Shown: positions 50,238 through 59,139 of the stretch, one piece after another
Numbering within the stretch: the first letter of the stretch is position 1
Layout of the letters: each line of letters opens with the position of its first letter
From: an uncultured Bacteroidales bacterium
Lineage (GTDB): Bacteria; Bacteroidota; Bacteroidia; Bacteroidales; ML635J-15
Length of the DNA stretch: 64,000 bases
Reading direction: 5' to 3'
NCBI GenBank assembly: GCA_905234755.1
Contig: CAJOIT010000002.1
Span: 26,405 to 90,404 of the forward strand
Notes under the pieces: model-generated
The model's database searches: none
What the model saw: only the letters and a program-made list of their open reading frames with translations
Told to the model about the DNA's origin: nothing
Position numbers and translations under genes: made by a program

Positions 50238-51869
50238 ATGATACAAAAATTTCTCACAGTAATAATCCTTTGCGCAATAGCATCATTCGCATCAGCCCAA
50301 ATCGACTATACCGACTGGGTTGGAAACTACCCCGACGGATGCACAAGCATAACAGTTGGCAAAAAAGCCAGTGCAGACGGATCGGTATTCACATCGCACA
50401 CCGACGACAGCCACCGCTCTAAATCGGAATTCAACATAGAGCCAGCAAGGGACTACCCCAAAGGCGCAACCAAGAAAATATACAAGCGCGTGTCGAAAAA
50501 CATCTACGCAATGCCAACATACGAATTTGAGGAAGTTGGTGAAATTCCGCAGGTTGCACACACATACCGCTACATAAACACCGCCTACCCCTGCATGAAC
50601 GAAAAGCAGCTCGGCATCGGAGAATCGACCTTCGGCGGACGCAAGTCGCTTGTTTCAGAAAACGGCATCATCGACTGCACACAGCTATGTCAACTGATGC
50701 TTGAGCGTTGTGCTACAGCCCGAGAAGCCATAAAGTTAGCAGGCGAACTAATAAAGGAATACGGCTGGATTGATGTTGGAGAGTGCCTCACCATAGCCGA
50801 CAAAAACGAAGTATGGCACCTTGAAATAATCGGTCCGGGCAAAGGCAAGAAAGGTGGAATTTGGGTTGCACAGCGCGTCCCCGACGACCACATTGCCGTA
50901 AACGCCAACGCTAGCACAATCAAACACATAGACCTCAGCAACAGCGATATGTTCATGGCAAGCGAAAACATTTTCAAGATGGCAATGGATTCGGGTTGGT
51001 GCAAGTCGGAAGCCGATTTTGAATTCTGCCACGCCTACGCTCCCGAAAGCCGCAACAGCATAGCTGCCCGCCGCCGCGAGTGGCGCGTGTTTGACCTAGT
51101 TGCTCCGTCACTAAAACTCGATGCCAACGACAAGGACTATCCATTTTCGGTAAAACCCGACAAACCAGTGACTTTGGAGCAACTTTCGATGATTTTCCGC
51201 GACTACTACGAAGGTACGCCGTACGACATTACCCACGCACTTACAGTTACCGACAAGAATGGGAACGAAGTAATTTCGCCAATGGCAAACCCGCAGATGC
51301 CATACGACCAGATGAAAATCGAGAATGTACGCGGTTCTTGGTACGATGTTGACTCGAAAACAGGCAAAATCGAAATGCTCGGAGAGCGCACAATAGCCCG
51401 CTGGTACACGATGTATGCCACTATTTTGCAATGCCGCTCATGGCTGCCAGATGAAATTGGCGGTGTGGCCTGGATTGCCCTCGACAATGTTGCAACTTCG
51501 ATTTATGTGCCCTTCTACCCACAGATAACGCAACTGCCAAAATGCTACGAAACCCCCGGTCGTCCAAACGGTTACACTCAGGAATCGGCTTGGTGGGCGT
51601 TCAACAGATTGGGCACACTTACGCACCAGCGTTGGGGCGACATGCGCAAGGATGTCGTTGATGCAGTGTGGATTCCTTGGCAGAAAGAACTTTTTGACAA
51701 CCAGAAAAATATTGAGGAGGGAGCCAAAACCCTGATGAACAAGAAGAACGGGCGCAAGGAAGCCATTGCCAAGTTGACCGAATATTCAAATATGTGGGGA
51801 CAAAAAGTAGTTGACAAGGCATGGAAACTTGGCGACTTCCTTTGGACAAAATACGATGAAAAATTCTAA
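50238..51869 (+). CDS. C69 family dipeptidase
   Basis: Signal peptide, then CTSITVGKKASADGSVFTSHTDD (N-terminal nucleophile Cys context typical of C69). Confidence 0.75.
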   Translation: MIQKFLTVIILCAIASFASAQIDYTDWVGNYPDGCTSITVGKKASADGSVFTSHTDDSHRSKSEFNIEPARDYPKGATKKIYKRVSKNIYAMPTYEFEEVGEIPQVAHTYRYINTAYPCMNEKQLGIGESTFGGRKSLVSENGIIDCTQLCQLMLERCATAREAIKLAGELIKEYGWIDVGECLTIADKNEVWHLEIIGPGKGKKGGIWVAQRVPDDHIAVNANASTIKHIDLSNSDMFMASENIFKMAMDSGWCKSEADFEFCHAYAPESRNSIAARRREWRVFDLVAPSLKLDANDKDYPFSVKPDKPVTLEQLSMIFRDYYEGTPYDITHALTVTDKNGNEVISPMANPQMPYDQMKIENVRGSWYDVDSKTGKIEMLGERTIARWYTMYATILQCRSWLPDEIGGVAWIALDNVATSIYVPFYPQITQLPKCYETPGRPNGYTQESAWWAFNRLGTLTHQRWGDMRKDVVDAVWIPWQKELFDNQKNIEEGAKTLMNKKNGRKEAIAKLTEYSNMWGQKVVDKAWKLGDFLWTKYDEKF

Positions 51870-51872
51870 GCA

Positions 51873-53318
51873 ATGTCGTTAAGGTTCAGATACATACTAG
51901 CAATATTAATGAGCATGATGCCCATTTGCACGGTATTCGCGCAAAAGGATTTCATATCATCGCTGAAAAAGAACCTTGGCAACTATAATCCGCTGTACAT
52001 CGAAGCAAAAATTGAATCTACCCCCGTAAACGAACATCTTTACCCCAAAGTTCTGATTGAGGAAGAATCTTACACCTTAACACAGAATGCAATATCATAC
52101 TACGATGCAATATCATCGCTACCAGCCGAAACAAAAACTGCGGTGCTGAAAGCGCATTCGGAAATTGCTTTCGCTGCGGAAAAAACAGGGCAAAGCTCTT
52201 ACCCAGACGAACTTTTATGGCTTCCATTTGCAATATCGGCATTCAACAAGAACTTTGAACAGGATGGGAACTGCGGGTTCTGGGGTTTGCAATACTTATA
52301 TGCAATAAAATATGGCGTTGAAATCAGTGAATGCACAGACGGACGACACGACATAATACAATCGACAAAGGCTGCAATCCGCCAACTTAAATATTTTCAC
52401 GAAAAATTTGAAAAATGGGACATTGCCTTGGCCGCCTATCTTTTCGGTCCATCGAACCTCAAACTAATGCAGGTTCAAGGCAAGCAAACTTCTGAAATAT
52501 ACACCTCGCTTGACCCATACGGCAAAAACATTTTCGACATCTGGTGCGCAGTGATTTCATGGGCAGAGAACTACAGGAACAGCAAAATCGAAATCAAGGA
52601 AATCGAACAGCAATACGACACCATCCGCATCAGCGACCGAATTCATATCGAACAGATTTCCAAGGTAATGTGCATAAGTCTAAATGAACTGAAATCTCTA
52701 AACGCGACATTCAGTTGCGAGGTTATTGATGGACGAAGAACCCCTGTAACATACAGATTGCCGTCAGGTCGCAAGAACGATTTTGCAACACTTCACGACA
52801 GCATTGTGAAGTACAACGATACGATATACTTTCCACCGCCAAAAGCTCCTGCCGAGCCGAAAAACTATGTCGTGGAAGGCAACGGCGAAAAAATAATATA
52901 CAAGATTCAGCAAGGCGACTATTTGGGTAAGATTGCGCAAAAGTTCGGCGTAAAAGTCAGCGACATACAGGCTTGGAACGGACTTAGTAACACAAACATA
53001 AGCGCAGGAAAAACCTTAGTGATATGGACTGGCAAAAAGGCTGCACATAGCAATCAGTCCACACAACCAAAGACAACATCGACTACGCAACAAAAGCCTG
53101 CAACACAATCTAATACAAGCACTTCAACCTCTGCTACATTCAACGCAAAGGACTACACTCTGGTGGAAACCTACACTGTAAAATCTGGTGACAATCCATA
53201 CAACATCGCCAAACGCTATAGCTGGGCTACCGCCGATGAAATTCTAAAATGGAACAACATCGCAGACCCATCGAAATTGCAGATTGGTCAGAAACTAAAA
53301 ATCTACAAGAAAAAGTAA
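51873..53318 (+). CDS. MltD-like protein: SLT-like domain plus two LysM domains
   Basis: LysM units YKIQQGDYLGKIAQKFGVKVSDIQAWNGL and YTVKSGDNPYNIAKRY...ILKWNNI. SLT-like segment AISAFN..GFWGLQ...ALAAY. Confidence 0.7.
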   Translation: MSLRFRYILAILMSMMPICTVFAQKDFISSLKKNLGNYNPLYIEAKIESTPVNEHLYPKVLIEEESYTLTQNAISYYDAISSLPAETKTAVLKAHSEIAFAAEKTGQSSYPDELLWLPFAISAFNKNFEQDGNCGFWGLQYLYAIKYGVEISECTDGRHDIIQSTKAAIRQLKYFHEKFEKWDIALAAYLFGPSNLKLMQVQGKQTSEIYTSLDPYGKNIFDIWCAVISWAENYRNSKIEIKEIEQQYDTIRISDRIHIEQISKVMCISLNELKSLNATFSCEVIDGRRTPVTYRLPSGRKNDFATLHDSIVKYNDTIYFPPPKAPAEPKNYVVEGNGEKIIYKIQQGDYLGKIAQKFGVKVSDIQAWNGLSNTNISAGKTLVIWTGKKAAHSNQSTQPKTTSTTQQKPATQSNTSTSTSATFNAKDYTLVETYTVKSGDNPYNIAKRYSWATADEILKWNNIADPSKLQIGQKLKIYKKK

Positions 53319-53446
53319 AATCGCGAAGATTCGCCATCAAAAAAGAGAGATTATTTTACAAAAACTGCAAGTGACAATCGCATCCAACAAGGATAACATT
53401 CTACAATTCAACAAATTGATTTTTTTGAAAAAAAGTAAAAAAAATG

Positions 53447-53477
53447 TTTGTCAGTTAAAAATGTTACACTATCTTTG
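53447..53477 (+). promoter_or_regulatory. Promoter of tRNA-Asn: TTTG-N19-TATCTTTG
   Basis: The -33 TTTG is at 53447-50 and the -7 TATCTTTG at 53470-77. The box ends 9 nt before the mature tRNA 5' end. Confidence 0.6.
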
Positions 53478-53486
53478 CACCGCTTT

Positions 53487-53560
53487 TCCTCAGTAGCTCA
53501 GTTGGTTAGAGCACCTGACTGTTAATCAGGGGGTCGTAGGTTCAAGTCCTACCTGGGGAG
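53487..53560 (+). tRNA. tRNA-Asn (anticodon GTT)
   Basis: 74 nt. I folded the cloverleaf by hand: a 7-bp acceptor stem with one G-U pair, anticodon loop CTGTTAA with GTT at 53521-23, and T-loop TTCAAGT. CCA is not encoded. Confidence 0.9.
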
Positions 53561-53563
53561 CAG

Positions 53564-53594
53564 AAAAAGACGAACAAAAAGTTCGTCTTTTTTC
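53564..53594 (+). terminator. Intrinsic terminator after the tRNA
   Basis: AGACGAAC-AAAAA-GTTCGTCT followed by TTTTT. Confidence 0.8.
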
Positions 53595-53711
53595 GTTTAT
53601 AATCAAATCATTAGCAAACCACACGAAATGAGCAACTCCAATAGCACTAATCCATTACTAACCTTAATTCTTTTTTAACATCCCAAGCATATAAAACTAA
53701 CTAAAAATTAG

Positions 53712-53719
53712 TATCTTTG
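53712..53719 (+). promoter_or_regulatory. -7 box TATCTTTG upstream of rsfS
   Basis: TAnnTTTG match 19 nt upstream of the ATG at 53739. Confidence 0.5.
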
Positions 53720-53738
53720 TCCCAAATTTTTTTAACGA

Positions 53739-54113
53739 ATGAGTAGATTTTCAGTAATAGAAGACACGCAAAAACTGCTTGAAGTTATAAATCAGGCGAT
53801 TCTTGACAAAAAAGGTGAAAATGTTGTCAACATGGACTTGCAATCCATTGAAAACCACATTACAAAATACTTCGTTATTTGCACAGCCAACTCGGTAATC
53901 CACGCCAACACACTTGCCGACTATATCAGGTATCAAACGCGTGGTACTCTAAAGGAAAGACCTTGGAAAGAAGAAGGATTCGAGAACAGCGAGTGGATTT
54001 TGATGGACTATGTTGACATTGTGGTACACATTTTCCTCCCCGAAGCACGCGAGTTCTACAAGCTCGAACAGCTTTGGGCTGACGCAGAAACCAAATCTAT
54101 AGAAAATAAATAA
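53739..54113 (+). CDS. rsfS: Ribosome silencing factor RsfS (iojap-like)
   Basis: 124 aa, with W.LMDY.DIVVHIF..E.R.FY.LE.LW. Confidence 0.85.
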   Translation: MSRFSVIEDTQKLLEVINQAILDKKGENVVNMDLQSIENHITKYFVICTANSVIHANTLADYIRYQTRGTLKERPWKEEGFENSEWILMDYVDIVVHIFLPEAREFYKLEQLWADAETKSIENK

Positions 54114-54118
54114 GACAA

Positions 54119-56158
54119 ATGGAAGGTAACAAAGGATTCAAGCCCAACAACGAAAACCAGGGCATGCCAACCAATGGTGGCAATGGCAAAGTGCGGATTA
54201 TCATATACATAGTAATCCTCGCCGTGCTAATCGCCATAACATTCATTGACTTTGGCGGCAATGCAAATGAAATAAATTGGAACAAGTTCGAGAACGAAAT
54301 GCTTCTTAACAACGATGTAGAAAAGGTCGTTGTTGTCAACCGCGAACGCGCCGACATATACATAAAGCCAGAAAGCATTGACAAGTATGGTGGTGCATCG
54401 GCAGGAAGCAACATATTTTCGGGTTCGATGCCTTCATTCTACTTCAACATTGGCGATGTAGAAAGCTTTGAGTCTAAACTTGCTGAAGCACAGAAAGATT
54501 TACCTAAAGAACAGCGCGTAAGCGTTGAATACAAGACCGAACACGACTATCTCGGCTCAATAATCAGCTGGATTTTTCCTATTGTACTAATACTTGTATT
54601 ATGGTGGTTCGTTTTCAACAAAATGAGCGGCGGAAGCGGTGGCGGACAAATTTTCAGCATCGGCAAGTCGAAGGCGCAGGTTTTCGACAAGGAACGCAAG
54701 GTCAAAGTCAACTTCAAGGACGTTGCTGGACTTGAGGAAGCCAAGGTGGAGGTTATGGAAATTGTAGATTTCCTCAAGAATCCTGAAAAATACACAAAAC
54801 TCGGTGGTAAAATTCCTAAAGGCGCATTGCTTGTAGGCCCTCCGGGAACAGGTAAAACCTTGCTGGCAAAGGCAGTAGCCGGCGAAGCCGATGTTCCGTT
54901 CTTCTCGCTCAGCGGTAGCGATTTCGTTGAAATGTTCGTGGGCGTAGGCGCATCGCGTGTAAGAGACCTTTTCCGCCAAGCAAAGAGCAAAGCGCCATGC
55001 ATTATCTTCATCGATGAAATTGATGCCATTGGTCGCGCTCGTGGAAAATCAAACAGCTTCAGCGGTAATGATGAAAGAGAAAACACTCTGAACCAGCTTC
55101 TTACCGAAATGGATGGTTTCGACACAAACAGCGGTGTCATAATTCTTGCCGCAACCAACCGTGCCGAAATCCTTGATTCAGCACTTATGCGTGCAGGTCG
55201 TTTCGACCGTCAGATTCACCTTGAACTTCCCGACGTACACGAACGTGAGGAGATTTTCCAAGTTCACACCAAGAATTTGAAGATGGCTTCGAGCGTAAAG
55301 ATAGATTTCCTTGCCAAGCAGACACCAGGTTTCAGCGGTGCCGACATAGCCAATGTATGCAACGAAGCAGCCCTCATCGCTGCGCGTAACGACAAAAAGG
55401 AAATCGACAAGCAGGACTTCCTTGATGCAGTTGACCGCATAATCGGCGGATTGGAAAAGAAAAACAAGATTATTTCGGAAACCGAAAAACGCACTATAGC
55501 ATACCACGAGGCAGGACACGCAACAGTAAGCTGGCTTCTCGAATATGCAAATCCTCTGCTGAAAGTCACGATTATCCCACGCGGAAAGGCTCTCGGCGCA
55601 GCATGGTACTTGCCGGAAGAACGCTCAATTACCACCAAGGAGCAACTTCTCGACGAAATGTGCGCAACCTTAGGAGGACGCGCAAGCGAGGAAATCAACT
55701 TCGGAAAAGTTTCAACTGGTGCTCTCAACGACCTCGAACGCGTTACAAAACAAGCAATTGCAATGGTTTCGTTCTACGGCATGAGCAACGACATTGGCAA
55801 CCTCTCCTACTACAACTCGACCGACGACTACGGATTCACCAAGCCATACAGCGACAAGACCGCCGAAAAGATTGATGCTGATGTAAAGGCTATGGTCGAG
55901 GAACAGTACGAACGCGCAAAGGAAGTGCTTCGCAACAATATGGAAGGTCTTACTCAACTTGCAGAAACGCTGTTGGAAAAAGAAGTCATCTTCAGTGACG
56001 ACCTTGAAAGGATTTTCGGCAAGCGCAAGGGCGAAAACAAGGCTCTCGATGCAATAAACGAGGCTAAGGAACAGGAAAAAGCAGAAGCAGAACAGCAAGC
56101 AGAGGCTGAACCCAAGCAAGAAGAAAACAACGAAAACCAACCCGAACAAGATGCCTAA
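54119..56158 (+). CDS. ftsH: ATP-dependent zinc metalloprotease FtsH
   Basis: Walker [14 protein letters not shown], the SRH region, the zinc motif HEAGHA, and an acidic C-terminal tail. Confidence 0.95.
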   Translation: MEGNKGFKPNNENQGMPTNGGNGKVRIIIYIVILAVLIAITFIDFGGNANEINWNKFENEMLLNNDVEKVVVVNRERADIYIKPESIDKYGGASAGSNIFSGSMPSFYFNIGDVESFESKLAEAQKDLPKEQRVSVEYKTEHDYLGSIISWIFPIVLILVLWWFVFNKMSGGSGGGQIFSIGKSKAQVFDKERKVKVNFKDVAGLEEAKVEVMEIVDFLKNPEKYTKLGGKIPKGALLVGPPGTGKTLLAKAVAGEADVPFFSLSGSDFVEMFVGVGASRVRDLFRQAKSKAPCIIFIDEIDAIGRARGKSNSFSGNDERENTLNQLLTEMDGFDTNSGVIILAATNRAEILDSALMRAGRFDRQIHLELPDVHEREEIFQVHTKNLKMASSVKIDFLAKQTPGFSGADIANVCNEAALIAARNDKKEIDKQDFLDAVDRIIGGLEKKNKIISETEKRTIAYHEAGHATVSWLLEYANPLLKVTIIPRGKALGAAWYLPEERSITTKEQLLDEMCATLGGRASEEINFGKVSTGALNDLERVTKQAIAMVSFYGMSNDIGNLSYYNSTDDYGFTKPYSDKTAEKIDADVKAMVEEQYERAKEVLRNNMEGLTQLAETLLEKEVIFSDDLERIFGKRKGENKALDAINEAKEQEKAEAEQQAEAEPKQEENNENQPEQDA

Positions 56159-56954
56159 TATTCTGAAACGGACCATATTTGGAGCACTTTTCGTAGCAAT
56201 CACCTGCTTAATGGTGTTGTACAACGAACACACCTGCGCAATATACATAGGATTTTGCGCTGTCATTATGCTCCATGAGTTCATGAAGATGTTCAAAATG
56301 TCCCTTTTAAGGACAATGTTTATCGAAACGATTGGCACTTTTGCTATACTTACAGCATATTGGGGCAGCAAAGGACTATTTATAACCGCCATACCGCTTT
56401 TAGCATTGATTCTTTCCCTTTTCATAATACAACTTTTCGAACACGACACAAAACAGGAAGAATACCTTGGCAAGTCTTTCCTCGCTCTGATATATATTGC
56501 GCTACCTCTTAGCCTAGCCACATACATTGGCATGACTGACAACCAACTGATAATGGCTGTTTTCATACTGATTTGGATTTCGGACACAATGGCTTATTTG
56601 GTTGGCTGCAAGTTTGGCAAGCACAAGATTTTCGAGCGCATTTCGCCAAAGAAATCATGGGAAGGTGCAATTGGCGGATTTGTTTTTACAGTAACTGCTG
56701 CTGCATTTGGCGGTTACCTTTTCCCAAAACTGGGATTCGAGGTATGGCAATGGTGCATAATAGGAACTACCGTTGGCATTTTTGGAATACTTGGCGACTT
56801 CATCGAATCGATGTTTAAGCGTAGCGCAGGCGTCAAGGATTCAGGCAACATAATACCAGGACACGGCGGTATGCTCGACAGACTCGACAGCTTCATTTTC
56901 ACAATTCCGTGGGTAGCGATAGCTGTGTGGGTGATGAGAAGTTTCAATGGCTAA
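56151..56954 (+). CDS. cdsA: Phosphatidate cytidylyltransferase
   Basis: Polytopic protein with the signature SMFKRSAGVKDSGNIIPGHGGMLDRLDS. It overlaps the ftsH end by 8 nt. Confidence 0.9.
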   Translation: MPNILKRTIFGALFVAITCLMVLYNEHTCAIYIGFCAVIMLHEFMKMFKMSLLRTMFIETIGTFAILTAYWGSKGLFITAIPLLALILSLFIIQLFEHDTKQEEYLGKSFLALIYIALPLSLATYIGMTDNQLIMAVFILIWISDTMAYLVGCKFGKHKIFERISPKKSWEGAIGGFVFTVTAAAFGGYLFPKLGFEVWQWCIIGTTVGIFGILGDFIESMFKRSAGVKDSGNIIPGHGGMLDRLDSFIFTIPWVAIAVWVMRSFNG

Positions 56955-56959
56955 CGCCC

Positions 56960-57022
56960 GTTTCTGGTTTCAAGTTTCTAGTTTCAGGTTCAACGTTTAA
57001 CGTTCAAGGGTCAACGTATTTC
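56960..57022 (+). repeat. 9 in-phase heptads GTTNNNN starting 6 nt after the cdsA stop
   Basis: GTTTCTG GTTTCAA GTTTCTA GTTTCAG GTTCAAC GTTTAAC GTTCAAG GGTCAAC GTATTTC. Confidence 0.85.
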
Positions 57023-57032
57023 AAAAATCGAT

Positions 57033-57040
57033 TATCTTTG
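57033..57040 (+). promoter_or_regulatory. -7 box TATCTTTG upstream of the M14 peptidase gene
   Basis: TAnnTTTG match 96 nt upstream of the ATG at 57137. Confidence 0.4.
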
Positions 57041-57136
57041 CGCCATAATCGACACGCAGGAACAGCAAACGACTAAAAGGGGATACGATTATGAAAGTAA
57101 AACTTCAAGAGGGAATAATCAAGTCTTTCTATTGGA

Positions 57137-59017
57137 ATGAAGCATAGGATTCGTGATATACTTATAGTTACATTCATAATGCTCTGCCATTTCACTTCGA
57201 TGGCAGCAGACTCAAAGAACCCAAAGCTTTTCATAAAGCGAATACACAAAATAGCAACCGGTGATACTCCGTCGCGCTCACTTGCCGACAGTCTCACAAG
57301 ACTACTTACAGCAAAACAGAAAACAGGAGCCGAAATATTGTGCGATTTTTCAAACCTGCCCCAAAGCAATTCCAAACCCGACAGCCAATATATAGGCGAC
57401 TTGCTCACAATATTACCAAACCAAATCGAACAAAATGAACGCGACAAGCTATTGTCGTACCTTGAAAATGGCATAAGCCGCAAATACGTATGCAACTACA
57501 TCATCAACAGCGAAAGCTTCCATAGCCTGTGCGCCAAGCATGGAATTGAAAGTGGAAATGCTGGCGTCTTGGAAAATAGGGACAGAAACGCCGAACTGAC
57601 AATGCTAGCACAACGTGTATTCTCGTTCACCAACAACAGAAAGGCCTCAGCCGAAGAACTCAACCTCCTGCTCGACGGCAATGCCACAGCTGCATCAGTC
57701 GCCGACAGTATAGTGTGCAACAGCCCAATAATGAACACATTAAACGACTCTCTTTATGTAGAATGCCTTGCATCGGCGCTCGCCATAAATCTCAGAGATC
57801 GGGAAAGAGAACACTATATCGGCTTGCTTTCGCAGAACTACACACGCCGTGCAATACTCCGCCTCATCGTCAATAGTGAAGATTTCGACAGCTACTGCAA
57901 GGAACACGGAATAGAACGCGGACAACTGCACATCGGCGGTTGGAAGAACAACGAAGACGGACTGACATTCATCGACCACATTTCAGGAGCGAAAGTCACA
58001 GGATACTTCTCTGCCGATGGCGAGATGTGCTACTTCGACGAAAACGGGATACTGCGCACAAACTGGAACAAAGTCGAATGGGAGACCGACACCATAAGCG
58101 AACTTTACTCATACGACAAGCTATGTGCCGACATTGAAAGGCTGTCGAAGCAATACCCCTCGCTTCTCACAATCGACACTTTAGGTGCAACCGCTGACAG
58201 AAGGCTTGTTTTCGACCTCATAATCGGCAATGACAATTCAAGTAGACAAGTCATCGTACAAGCCACGTCACACGCACGCGAATATATGTGTAGCCAACTT
58301 GTGATGTGCCAGACAGAGCATTTCCTACAAAACTTCTGGTCGGGATCATTTGACGGCGCAAGCTATTCGGAACTGACCGAAGACTGCCAACTTCATATAA
58401 TCCCGATGCTCAACCCCGATGGAGTGTGCATATCTCAATTCGGACTTGACAGCATCCGCGACCCGCATATCCGTGACAACATAATGAAGATATACTACGC
58501 AGAAAACCCCAAGGCTCGCAATCGACCAGAACTGAACACATTCCTAAGAATGTGGAAGAGCAACGCCCTCGGAGTTGACTTGAATAGGAACTTCGATGTC
58601 AACCGCCATATCAAGACATTTTTGAAGTCACCCCGCAGCGCAAACTACCGAGGTGCCAACGCGCATTCAGAACTCGAGACTCAGGCTTTGGTCGGACTTG
58701 TGGAATCGTTAGGAAACATAGTGACCCTGATAAGCTATCATTCGGCTGGCGAGGAAATTTTCTGGGCATATGGACAGAAAGACGATTTCCGACAGCAATG
58801 CCAGAACCTTGCCGAAGGACTTAAGGACATCACCAACTACGAATATCATTCGGAGGAGGATTTCGGCACAGGATGCAGCAACTGGGCTACATCTAAAGGC
58901 ATAAAGGCCGCCACTATCGAAATCGGTTTGGGCACATCCCCACTGCCTATATCCCAATTCCAGAAAATATGGAACGACAACAAGGATGTGCTGCCGTTTC
59001 TGATGAAAAGCAAATAA
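57137..59017 (+). CDS. M14 zinc carboxypeptidase (gamma-D-glutamyl-meso-DAP peptidase-like) with DUF4214 and cell-wall-binding repeats
   Basis: Signal peptide, then two DUF4214-like units (IINSESFHSLCAKHGIE and IVNSEDFDSYCKEHGIE). A choline-binding-like repeat follows (KVTGYFSADGEMCYFDENGIL). M14 motifs are SHAREY, IPMLNPDG, VDLNRNF and SYHSAGE. Confidence 0.8.
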   Translation: MKHRIRDILIVTFIMLCHFTSMAADSKNPKLFIKRIHKIATGDTPSRSLADSLTRLLTAKQKTGAEILCDFSNLPQSNSKPDSQYIGDLLTILPNQIEQNERDKLLSYLENGISRKYVCNYIINSESFHSLCAKHGIESGNAGVLENRDRNAELTMLAQRVFSFTNNRKASAEELNLLLDGNATAASVADSIVCNSPIMNTLNDSLYVECLASALAINLRDREREHYIGLLSQNYTRRAILRLIVNSEDFDSYCKEHGIERGQLHIGGWKNNEDGLTFIDHISGAKVTGYFSADGEMCYFDENGILRTNWNKVEWETDTISELYSYDKLCADIERLSKQYPSLLTIDTLGATADRRLVFDLIIGNDNSSRQVIVQATSHAREYMCSQLVMCQTEHFLQNFWSGSFDGASYSELTEDCQLHIIPMLNPDGVCISQFGLDSIRDPHIRDNIMKIYYAENPKARNRPELNTFLRMWKSNALGVDLNRNFDVNRHIKTFLKSPRSANYRGANAHSELETQALVGLVESLGNIVTLISYHSAGEEIFWAYGQKDDFRQQCQNLAEGLKDITNYEYHSEEDFGTGCSNWATSKGIKAATIEIGLGTSPLPISQFQKIWNDNKDVLPFLMKSK

Positions 59018-59027
59018 GAACTACGCC

Positions 59028-59083
59028 GGGTCTGGTTTCTGGTTCAAGGTTTAACGTTCAAAGTTCAAGGTTCAAAGGCTAAA
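59028..59083 (+). repeat. 8 in-phase heptads GTTNNNN starting 10 nt after the M14 gene stop
   Basis: GGGTCTG GTTTCTG GTTCAAG GTTTAAC GTTCAAA GTTCAAG GTTCAAA GGCTAAA. Confidence 0.85.
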
Positions 59084-59096
59084 TAAGGCGGCAAGA

Positions 59097-59136
59097 CTGT
59101 AAGACTGCTCGCCTGTTAGACTGTGAGCCTGTTAGC
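59097..59136 (-). repeat. 5 in-phase octads NCTNACAG starting 3 nt after the lplA stop
   Basis: Minus strand reads GCTAACAG GCTCACAG TCTAACAG GCGAGCAG TCTTACAG. Confidence 0.8.
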
Positions 59137-59139
59137 CAT

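Noticed and set aside
55712-56587. 291-aa minus-strand ORF spanning the ftsH/cdsA junction.
   Set aside because: It is antisense to two genes with unmistakable signatures (HEAGH; GHGGMLDRLDS). It is hydrophobic low-complexity sequence with no motif.
53487-56954. tRNA-Asn as an integration site for a genomic island.
   Set aside because: The downstream genes are core (rsfS, ftsH, cdsA). There is no integrase, and I did not see a direct repeat of the tRNA 3' end.
57091-57147. An 18-codon upstream ORF (MKVKLQEGIIKSFYWNEA) overlapping the M14 gene start.
   Set aside because: It is too short to evaluate and there is no conservation evidence. It could arise by chance in a 96-nt leader.
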